DNA of 64,000 bases from NCBI GenBank assembly GCA_002269645.1, contig NIVC01003668.1, forward strand, positions 19,962-83,961, in the 5' to 3' direction. The stretch comes from Macrostomum lignano. Lineage: Eukaryota. Below the pieces are notes generated by a model. The model searched no databases, had not been told where the DNA came from, and worked only from the letters and a program-made list of their open reading frames with translations. The translations under genes were made by a program, and so were the position numbers. This document shows positions 24,565-35,400 of this stretch, one piece after another. Numbering within the stretch: the first letter of the stretch is position 1; the number at the start of each line of letters is the position of its first letter.

Positions 24565-26030
24565 GGGAATTGCTGAGATGTCAAATCTTACAGGGGGAAT
24601 TGCTGAGATGTCAAAGCTTACAGGGGGAATTGCTGAGATGTCAAAGCTTACAGGGGGAATTGCTGAGATATCAAAGCTTACAGGGGGAATTGCTAAGATA
24701 TTGTAGTGATCCGCTAGTTGATGCTAGGCGTCCCACTTTGTCAGCAGTCTCCCTCGCCCTCGCCCTGGGTTGCTGTCTGCCTCTGGTCAGCTTCCCACCT
24801 CCCTTGGCCCGTCTGTTGCTGCCCCTGGCCTGTTCTGCCCTTCTGCGTCTCCGTTCTCAGCCCCCAGTCTCTCGACTGTGGGCTGTCTCTGTTTCGCTTC
24901 CGTCCCGTTTTTCCCTGTCTTGTGAGCAAGTCACATGACAGTTCTTGCGTTCTTTGAGTCTTAAAGTGCAGTACACATGTTTACTGCACTCGCTGGCCCT
25001 GTTTACCGGGTGAGTCACATGCTTTCGGTCCCCTCCCTTCTCTAAGGAGAGGAGTGACTCATGTTGCTAAAAATAGCAACAGTCACAGACATGTGTACTC
25101 TGCCGGGGGACCCTCAAGTGACGTCAGTTCTAAAAATAGAACAAGTCACGAGGTCTTCCGTGCGCTAGAACCCTGCCCGAGATGCTCAAGTGACGTCAGT
25201 TCTAAAAATAGAACAAGTCACGAGATCTTGTAAGCGGGTGTTTCCTGGCTATAAATAGGACCCCCCTCCCCCTTGTTTCCGTCAAGGAGTCTAGTTCTTC
25301 CCGAGATCATGAGTTCTAATTCCGTGTGACTACGTCCCGAGTGTCTGAGTCTCTGCGTACATTGAGTCTGTTCTTATTGGTCTGACTGAGACCCGACTAA
25401 AGCCAACCCGAGCCTACGAGAGGCTAACTTAGCCCTCCCTTTATCACCCAAGCCCGGCAGGTACTGCTGACGAGACGCCTAGTACGTTGAGCTGCAAATC
25501 TGCACTTGGTGCTGTGTTCGTTGACTTCGTTATTTCGTTCCGACGGGAAGCTCACCTCACCGAAGGCCGAGACCTGAAGGAACTGGTGGCAGCACTACCT
25601 ACGCTACTAAAAGTTAAGAAGGCTTCTGAGTAAGAGGACGGAGCCCAAGTCACTGCGCTGTACAGCAGGACAACCACAGGTACAACAATATCAAAGCTTA
25701 CAGGGGAATTGCTGAGATGTCAAGGCTTACAGGGGAATTGCTGAGATGTCAAGGCTTACAGGGGAATTGCTGAGATGTCAAGGCTTAGAGGGGAATTGCT
25801 GAGATGTCAAGGCTTACAGGGGAATTGCTGAGATGTCAAGGCTTACAGGGGGAATTGCTGAGATGTCAAGGCTTACAGTGGATAATTGCTGAGATCTCAA
25901 GGCTTATGGGGATAATTGGTAAGATGTCAAGGCTTACAGGGGAATTGCTGAGATCTCAAAGCTTAAAGGAGAATTGCTAAGATGTCAAAGCTTACAGGGA
26001 TAATTGCTAAGATATCAAAGTTTATTTGGG
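24565..26030. repeat. 29-30-bp minisatellite interrupted by a solo LTR
   Basis: GGGGAATTGCTGAGATGTCAA(A/G)GCTTACA on both sides of 24702-25687. Confidence 0.9.
24702..25687 (+). mobile_element. Solo LTR, diverged relative of Gypsy family B
   Basis: TGTAGTGA...GTACAACA, 986 bp, 4-bp TSD ATAT (24698-24701, 25688-25691), collinear homology to the reverse complement of 29965-30960, TATA at 25250. Confidence 0.93.
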
Positions 26031-26340
26031 TACTTAATGAGTTGTTAGGGCTCTTGGGGTGCTAAGATTTCAAGACTCATAAAGGGAATCATTGAAAGTT
26101 TATGGTTCATGGGTTTTTTGAGAAGTTAAAGGTTCAATAGGGAGTTTTTGATAGTTCAAGCATCAAAGAGGGTGCTAGAGTTAATCTATGGCTTAAAAGG
26201 GAAGCTTTGATGCCAAAGCTAAAAGGAGTGCTAATATCTTAGGCTTAGATTAGGGGTTGGAAAACTTTTTAACTCAGGGGCCATATAAAGAACCTATATC
26301 TTTTCTGCAGGCCAGCCAGATATACAAGATGAAGGGAGGA

Positions 26341-26459
<119 letters not shown>

Positions 26460-27701
26460 AATGAAGAATTATGAGAGATGAGGCAGGATGAGAGATGCAA
26501 TGAGAGAAGATAATATAGAAGAGAGGAAGGAGAGGGGAGAGAGAAAAAAGCAATAAGAGAGAAGGTAAGGAAAGAGAAGAGGAGAGATGAGAGATGAAGA
26601 GAGAGGAGAAAGGCAAGAAGAGAAGAGAGAAGAGATTAAAGAGAACTGAGAAAACAGATTAAGACAAAAACCTTGAATAGCCAGATTGTTATTGTGAAAT
26701 TTTAAAGGATCCAAGGGCCAGATAGAAAGGCTTTGTGGGTTGCATGTGGCCCTTAAGCTAGAGTTTCCCAACATTTAGGCTAGATCTAGCTAGCTTTTAG
26801 GCTTGATTATATGGTTTGAAACTGAAAATTTATATCTTATTTACACCTTGTATCTTTTGGTACTAGGTCAATAATATGATATATCTAGGCCTATATTGGC
26901 TGCTTTATAGCTATTTTAGGGCTAGAATAGGGCTAGATATTAAAGACAATATGCTTCTAACAATTACCATAGTTAAATACTTATATGAGTTTAACTATTT
27001 TAGTATTACAATTCATGGTTCTACCAAAATGCTCAATCTATGTGGTGGGTTTTTTCAAGAAAATAGAATGAAAAACAGAACATTCATATTTGCAGAATAA
27101 TAAAAGTTTACATTTAATCTATATGCTATTTATAATAACCTATAACTGTTTTGTTTGATAGCAATTAATCTAAAATAAACTAATTAGGCCTAAGCCCTAA
27201 TTTAACTATCAATTAGCATTATTAACAAATTACTGATAAATAGACAAGCAAAGTGGATATATTATAGTCTATATGACTATTATAGGTCTAGATTAAAATA
27301 AAAAAATAAAATTTAGTTTAGAATAATTAGGAATTTCAATTATTCTGTCAAATATATTTTAATTTTAAATCTAATCAAATTAAATCAGTTCAAAATTTCA
27401 TATTGTTATTAGGCCCCTATCTTTAGGCAGATTAAAATAAAAAATTATAACATTTACAAAAATAAAAAGCTTAGTTAGATTTTTTAATTTAACAGTAGGC
27501 CTAGAAAAAGTATAGGACAAGGTCAAAAAGTCATTATAAAGTGCAAATCTATAGTCGGTTAGAAATTTATATAGATTAATTCCAATTACATGACCAACTT
27601 TCGAAAATAGGTGTGTGTTAGCAATTATTCTGACAAGTGTTCAGAGATATAGGTCGGGCCTATCAGGCTATCACTCACTAGGGCCTAATGGTAAAAATAA
27701 A

Positions 27702-28357
27702 GGCAGTGCTTATCCCCACGGTACCGTAGGAATAATTTCTGTCTTATTCCAACGGTACCGTGCGAATAATTTTCTGCTTATCCGCACGGCACACTGAGGA
27801 GATAGCTGCCCTATCTTCTACATATGCCGTGCGAATAATTTTCTGCTTATCCGCACGGCACACTAACGAGATAGCTGCCCTATCTTCTACATATGCCGTG
27901 GGAAGTTTAGTACATACGATTTGAGTGCAGTATAACAACTTTGTTGAATTATTGTTGGATAAGTATACAGAAGGGTATCAGTAAAGCAGAATAACACGCA
28001 TTTACACATGCATATACTAGTCTAGAACTGATTCGAGTTTATACATCAAGATCAACAGCTTCTTAGTATCCTCAGTTCAAATTCCCTTTCAATAAGCTAT
28101 AAAGTTCTATTCACGCACAGCATATTGTAGCAGATAGGGCAGCTAGTAAAGCAGAGGGAATAAAACAGAGGACGTGTAGGGCAGCTATCTCGTCAGTGTG
28201 CCGTGCGGATAAGCAGAAAATTATTCGCACGGCATATGTAGAAGATAGGGCAGCTATCTCCTCAGTGTGCCGTGCGGATAAGCAGAAAATTATTCGCACG
28301 GTACCGTTGGAATAAGACAGAAATTATTCCTACGGTACCGTGGGGATAAGCACTGCC
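27702..28357. mobile_element. Non-autonomous foldback / Mutator-like DNA element
   Basis: 181-bp TIRs (27702-27882 and 28177-28357, one mismatch seen) starting GGCAGTG; flanks AAAAATAAA / AAAAAGAAA fit a 9-bp TSD with one mismatch; no ORF. Confidence 0.85.
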
Positions 28358-29964
28358 AAAAAGAAAAATTTCCAATAACTCGAAAACTGACTGAGTTACC
28401 CCCCTTACTGACTGGTGTAAGTTACTGTAAATGGCTGCAACTGGCCAAAAAATAGCAAGCCTATAATACTAAATATTGATATAATATAAGCTAACGAGAA
28501 CGACTTAGCCTACGACCTATGACCTATGCTAAGTCTATGATTTGTTTCTTTGACTAGGCCTATCCATGAAAACTTTTGAATACAGAAAGCCATGCGTATC
28601 GCGACATATTCTCTACTTTATTAGGCCTACACTCGAATCTTATAGTTATAGGCCTAGGGCCTACTCCAATTAGAAATAGATTAATTAGCATAAAAAATGA
28701 CAATTTTATGGTGTTAGGCCTTTTTATGTATTTTAAGTTCTAATGCAATGCAAACTCTACCTTTTGAGTTTAGACCTACATTTATAATCATAGCTAGGGA
28801 GACACAGACTAACACAGAGACAGAGTCAGACAAGCCTAAGCCTAAGCTAAGGCATTTCAACCTTTGTCTAGGGTCTAGCCTCGGTTAGGCCTGCTGCCTA
28901 AAGCTATAGCCTGGGACTCTAGAGAAATTGTAGGACTTAATGTCAAAACTGAACTTGTCAACTAATTGTCCTTATGACACTTATTTATGGTAGTATAATT
29001 ATAAATTGTTAGGCCTATATAAAGCAAGAGGATAATAATTAGGGATTTTTTATTTTTGACTTTACTTTTATTAGTCTAAGTTGACATAACATTCCCAATT
29101 ATTCTCTTGCTCATTCCCCCTTATCTAAAATTCAACTTTTGTCACTGGCACTGCCAAATCCAGGTTCCTAGGCCCTAGGCCTACCTAGTGACATTGCAAA
29201 CAAAATGTTATGTCAAATCATTTGTGTAGGTCTATATAGGTTACTTGGGCTCCACTTAATGAGCTTAAATTGACAAGCCCTTTGTAATTGCAATTTTGGT
29301 CCCAACTAGGCCTAAGCCCTACTTTTATTCATGTAAAATTATTATATTATATTGATATAAAGTAAATAGCTTATATTAAACTAAATAAACTAATATTCCT
29401 TTATGAATTGATCTTAATGACTTTATTCAGATAAAAAGGTTGATATATTTGAATTCAAGCAAGGTTAGAAAAGTCATTGAAATTTTATTAAAACTTTATT
29501 AGCCTATTTTTTATTTAAAAAATAAGGCAATATAAATATATATCTTAGTGCCACTTTATACATAGGCCTACCCAACACCCATCTAACCCATCTGAACCAG
29601 ATGGGTAAAATGGCCACCCACTAGCCAAGGTAAGTTGCAAAATTGAAAATGCAAAAAATGAAAAATTGGAAGAAAAAATAAAAGAAAAAAGGAAGGAAAA
29701 GAGAAAAAGAGGAGAGAGGAGAGAGAAAAAGAAAGAGAATAAAGAAGAATAAGGCAAGAAAAGTCATATACAAAGTGAAAATTAAGTTGCAATTAAAAGA
29801 AACTAAATTATAATCAGGAGGAACTAAGTTGCAATCAGGAGGAACTAAGTTGCAATCTGGACAAAACTAAGTTGCACCAGATGGGTGAAATTTTGAAGTT
29901 GGACATGTATGGTGCATAGCCTTTGAATCAGATATACAAGAGCATGGATATATATATATATATA

Positions 29965-30960
29965 TGAAGTACAATGGGGTTTCTTCCCGGTTTCGGCCCT
30001 TGCGGATTACCTTCAGACTCGGGCCTCTTCAGTGGGAAGTTCTCTCAACTTTCTCAGTAGCGTAGGTAGTGCTGCCACCAGTTCCTTCAGGTCTCGGCCT
30101 TCGGTGAGGTGAGCTTCCCGTCGGAACGAAATAATGAAGTCAACGAACACAGCACGACGTGCAGATTTGCAGCTCACGTATAAGGCGTCTCGTCAGCAGC
30201 ACCTGCCGGGCTTGGATGGTACAGGGAGGGCGGAGTTAGCCTCTCGTAAACTTGGGTTGGTTTTGGTCAGGTCTCAGTCGGAGCAATAGGAACAGAATCA
30301 ATGTGCGCAAAGATTCGGACACTCGGGACTCAGTCACACGCGGACGTAGAACTCGAGGTTGAACAGAAGGAAGACTCCTTGACGGAAACAAGGGGGAGAG
30401 GGCTCCTATTTATAGCCGGGAAATTCCCACGCTCCAGACCTCGTGACTTGTTCTATTTTTAGAACTGACGTCACTCGAGAGTCTCAGGCAGGGTTCAAGC
30501 GCGCGGAAGACCTCGTGACTTGTTCTATTTTTAGAACTGACGTCACTTGAGGGTCCCCGGCAGAGTACACATGGCTGTGACTCAGTTGCTATTTTTAGCA
30601 ACATGAGTCACTCCTCTCCTTAGAAAAGGGAGGGGTCCGAAAGCATGTGACTCACCCGGTAAACAGGGCCAACGAGTGCAGTAAACATGTTTACTGCACT
30701 TTAAGACTCAAAGAACGCAAGAGCTGTCATGTGACTTGCTCACAAGACAGGGAAAACAGGACGGGAGCGAAACAGAGACAGCCCACAGTCGAGAGACTGA
30801 GGGCTGAGAACGGAAACGCAGCAGGGCGGAAAGGACACGGGGGCAACAGGCAAGCGAAAGGAGGGCGGGAAGCTGACCAGCGGCAGACAGCAACCCAAAG
30901 GGAGGGCGAGGGAACGGCTGACAAGGGTGACGCCTAGCCATAAACTAGCGGCTCACTACA
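29965..30960 (-). repeat. Family B LTR (3' LTR)
   Basis: TGTAGTGAG...GTACTTCA on the minus strand; 996 bp. Confidence 0.95.
30417..30700 (-). promoter_or_regulatory. U3 enhancer/promoter motif cluster (FoxO x2, AP-1 x3, MEF2 x3, CRE x2, kB-like); TATA just left of it at ~30406-30413
   Basis: Exact consensus matches; positions are given in the finding. Function is inferred. Confidence 0.6.
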
Positions 30961-31604
30961 CTCTCCCCGTTCAAATAAAGAGGCGGAGTGAAGGCGGAGC
31001 GCGCCTTTATTTAAAAAGGTAAACTGCAGAAAATAAAATTTTGATTGGCAAAAAGGTGGTAACTTTGGCAGAATAGCAGAGAAGGGGCTGGGTTAGGCCC
31101 ATGATTGAAACCCTAAACGCGTGTGCGGGGGCGCCTGCCCGCTTGAAGTCAGCGCCTAAATACCGGGTTGCACAAATAACTGCAGCGCCCGTAAAAAGGA
31201 TGGCAAATACCGGTAATGGGACAAAAGAAGCCACAGTGGGCTATAAAAGCGCGGCTGGGCGGGGCCGTAGCTCGTACTACCGCCCCATACGGTATTAATG
31301 GAGTCATACCAAAGCATGAAGGGGGGCGCCAGCCCCATGATACGCAAGAGGCGCCTAAATATGGGGGATGCGGGAGTTCATGCAGAGCCCCGGGGGAAAA
31401 AGGCAAAAGACTGGCCACAAGGGCACAAATGGTTGATGCCGAAAATGAGCACAAAGGACAAATGCCGCTCATATACGAAGAGGGGAAGTAAACGGCGCGA
31501 CTGCGCAAAAATTCGCACGTGCAGCGCAGGGCTGCTGAGGGCGCTAGCAAAAGGGCGCGACGAAAATTGGAGTCACCTGGGGTTTGTCAGTCCAGGGTTT
31601 AAAG

Positions 31605-32450
31605 TTACTCTTGCCGGTCACAGTGGCGCACGAGATCCGGGACCTCCGGCGTCCGACCCGCCATCTGGGCCGCAATTAGCCGGGCGACGACGCGGGCCGT
31701 CTCGGGATGCGGCGGACGTCTGAGCGTCGGTGCTGCGAGCTGGGCGGCCTCGTCCATTAGTCGCTGCCGATCCTCATCCATAAGGGCGCGGAGACAGGCC
31801 CATCGCGGCCAGTCCGCGAGGGTTGGCAGTCGGTTCAATTGGGCGGCAGCAGTCAGCTGTTGGGCGATAAAATACACCGCCTCAATATAGCGGTTAACGG
31901 CAGCTTGAACAGCTGGCGAAAGGCCCGGTGGCGACGATCCGTTGTCCTCGGACTCATTGTCTGATGAGTCTGGGTCGCGTGGCTCCGGCGAGTTGGGCGG
32001 TGCCGGAGGGACTGCGTTGTTTGTAGGCAGGGCCTGTCGCAGCTCGGTGGTTAGCTCCTGCAGGGTGGTCGCCTCCGAATTGTTGCCGTCAGTCTGGCAG
32101 GCGGCCTCTACTCTGCCTGGGGCCACGGGGTTCTCTGGCTCGGGAACAGTTGGCAGCCAGACTTGGTCGTCGCGGGGCGGTGAAGCCGGTTCCAGTCGGA
32201 GCTCTGGCCCCGCTATTCTGCAAAGAAAAACTGAGTTGGGGGCGGGCTGCGCCGACGGTTTGCTGGCGTCATCCGACGACTCTGGCCGGGCGTCCCGAGT
32301 TTCGATCTTAGTCGATGTTGGCGTCGGCTGCCGGGGCGCGAGCTGTTGTCGAAGCTCCGCTAGGCCTTCGGCGACGACTTCGGCGGCCGACCCACCGGCC
32401 GGTCGGTACTTAGTAGTCGGGCTTAGCCCCGGGGAGTCCGGCTCCGTCAA
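31605..32450 (-). CDS. ORF downstream of pol (ORF3, not env), copy 1
   Basis: 281-codon open frame, nearly identical to 39869-40714; no early ATG. Confidence 0.5.
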   Translation of the reverse strand: MTEPDSPGLSPTTKYRPAGGSAAEVVAEGLAELRQQLAPRQPTPTSTKIETRDARPESSDDASKPSAQPAPNSVFLCRIAGPELRLEPASPPRDDQVWLPTVPEPENPVAPGRVEAACQTDGNNSEATTLQELTTELRQALPTNNAVPPAPPNSPEPRDPDSSDNESEDNGSSPPGLSPAVQAAVNRYIEAVYFIAQQLTAAAQLNRLPTLADWPRWACLRALMDEDRQRLMDEAAQLAAPTLRRPPHPETARVVARLIAAQMAGRTPEVPDLVRHCDRQE

Positions 32451-32451
32451 G

Positions 32452-35400
32452 TCAATGAAGACGGGCGTCGGCGGTCGGGGACGCTGGTGTCTCGCCCTTG
32501 GGCTCGACGACTTCGTATAAGGCTTTGCGAGGTCGATGAAATTTCGCCGCTTCGTCCGGTTTGAGCACCGGGTTGTTGAGGAAGACCAGATCGCCGGGTT
32601 GGAGCTTCTTGGCGGCGGGCAGGTTCGAGTAGTGCTCGTCTCGCAGTTGTTGGTGCAGGTGCAGGCGCTCCTTGGCCAGCTCAGTCGCCTCGTCCAGGCG
32701 ACACTGGAAGTCTTTGACGTAGTCGGGCAGATCGGCGTACTCAGGCAGCTTCTTCAGCGCGTTGTCGATCGGGAGTCGGAAGTCACGGCTGAACACCAGG
32801 TAGTGAGGCGTGAAACCTGTCACCGGGTGGACGCTGGAGCGGAGAGCCATCAGGCAGGCTGGGAGGTAGGTATCCCAGTCGTTGTGGTTGCGCTCAAGCA
32901 GACAGGTGAGGACCTTCTTCAGTTGTTTGTTCAGATTCTCGACTTGTCCATTGGAAGCTGGGTTGTATGGTGTTGTTGTCGTATGCCGAATGCCAAACAG
33001 GTCGCAGAACTTCTTGAAGGCCGAACCGGTGAAGTTGGTGCCTTGGTCGGTGTGGATCCAGCATGGTACACCGAACTCGGGGATGAAGCGCTCCTGCAGA
33101 AGCTTGATGACTGTTTTGGCTTTCTGGTTTCTCATCGGGTAGGCGAATGGATACTTCGACGTCGCATCGCACAAGGTCAGGATGTAGCGGTTGCCGCTCT
33201 TGCTCTTCTGCGCGATTGGTCCTACTACATCACAGTGTATTCTACCCAGAACTTCGCAAACTGGAAAGCTCTGGACCGGAACTCTCTCTCGCCGTCGCGA
33301 TTTACTTTCAAGGCAGGTGCGGCACTTACTGATGAAGGTCTTGGTAGTACGGGCTAATCCGGGTCTCCAGAACCGTTCTCGTAGCCGCAGTAACGTCTTC
33401 GTCTCGCCGAGGTGTCCACACAGTGGGGAACTGTGGAGCTCCTGGAGCACCTGGGCGTCAAGGGCCTCAGGCAGAACAACCTTGGGCGGCTGCTGTCCAT
33501 CAGTCAGATCAATCAGCAGCAGGCCGTTGTCCTCCTGCAGGTTCTCGTAGTATCCGAGCAGATTCCGCTGCTCCTTAGTCAGTCGCAACCGGGCGTCGAA
33601 CTCAGGCTTCGGGGCTTCGTTCTCGACCAGGTTGAGCACGTAGCTGATGGCTCGGTCAGCGCGTTGGGCGTCAACGAACTGTTGGCGAGTCATCGGCAGC
33701 TTCAGAAAATCAGTGAGCACAGCGCGGCATGGCTGAGGGGTCATGACTCCCGCAGTCTCCGCTTTAATGGCTCCAGGTCGATCACACGGCACCGTCTTGT
33801 CGGCGTCAGGATTAGGTCGCTCCGAGGGACTTTGTCTCACAACGTCGGCGTACGTCCGTTGATCTAGAATCGAAGTTCTCTTCATCGCTCTCATGACAGA
33901 AAAATCCGCAGATGGAGCAGCGCGCATGCCTCCACTGCATAGCCCAGGCGACTCTTGGCTGTAGGGCGGGACGCAACACGTGAAGCACGCCTCGTCGCTG
34001 GCAGCCGTAGCCGTCGGCTCAATCGTAGTCAAAATTGGGTGAGTCTTCTCCAGCACTGGGCGGTGTCGCAAAGGGGGACTCGACTTTCCGCACAGGCGAT
34101 GAGCAGCTGTCTGTCGGCCCGGGGGACAGAGCTTCGACCTTGCAGCTGGCGCGAGATTCTGGCCTCTGTCAACACGGCGAGAAATCTCAGCGAAAGGCTC
34201 AGTAGGGTTGTAGTTAAATTGCTTGCCTGGAGTTGCATTGCGGGCCGTCATCAGAAGGGCTGCTGGTGCGGTGGCCTTTGAATCTTGGTCCGTGGGCGTC
34301 TCCAGAGTCCGAGACCTGTAGTCTTGGGCGTCGTCAAGGAGGTCTGTGTCCACAGTGGCCTCAAGGTCTTCGTCCAGGTTGGTCTCCAAATTGCAGCGGG
34401 CGGCATGGGCATCGCGGCAGAGGGCTGTTGTCGCAGTGGCCTCTGGGTTGTCGTCCAGGCCGATCTCCAGGCGTTGACTGCAGCGGTGGGCGTCGTGCTG
34501 GAAGGCTGCTGGCGCGGTGGCTTCCAGGTCTTCGTCCAGGTCAGTCTCGGCCTCCAAGCAGCGAGATTGGACTGTCTTCTGGAGGGCTGCTCTGGCAGTG
34601 GCCTCGGGTGTCGGGTCCAAATCCGGTTCCAGGTCGTGGTCGTCACCGGGTCGGGCGGTAGAACCAGGTTGCTCTAGCAGTCGGCCATGCTCGAAGAAGA
34701 TCGGCGGGCCCTCCGGTCTTCTTGACAGGGCATCAGCATTGGCGTGGTCCTTGCCTTTGCGGTGGTTGAGCTGGAAGCGGAACTCGCTTAGGCGCTCGAT
34801 CCAGCGGCCTAAAATACCTGTGGCCTGAGTTTGGTTCAGTAACCACAGTAAGGCCCGATGATCGGATCGAACTTCAAACTTCTTGCCGATTAAGTAATGA
34901 CGGAAATGTCGCATAGCGTCCACAATTGCAAGCAGCTCTTTCTTCGTGACCGTGTAGCGCTTCTCAGGATCGCGAAGTTTACGGCTAAAGAATGCAATTG
35001 GACGTTCGACGCCGTCTGATTGCAGTTGTCCAAGACAAGCGCCTATTCGAATATCAGAGGCATCCGTGTCGAGGACAAACTTCACAGCAGGATCAGAATT
35101 AAATTCAGGCAGAGCGAGAACTTCAGTAGAACACAATTTCTTCTTCAAAGTGTCGAACGCGTGCTGATGCTCGGGAGTCCAATGCTGCCGCAGGCTGCCG
35201 ATGTCCTTTCGCGTCAGGGCATGCAGCGGCGCAGCCACTCCAGCGTAGCCGTCGACAAACTTGTGGTAGTAATTGGCGAGGCCTAGGAATTGTCTCAGTT
35301 GAGTAACGGACTGTGGCACGGGCCAATCACGGATCTGCGCAATCTTGTCCTCACAGGTCTTCAGGCCGTCGGGAGTCACGACGTGACCTAAATAATGCAG

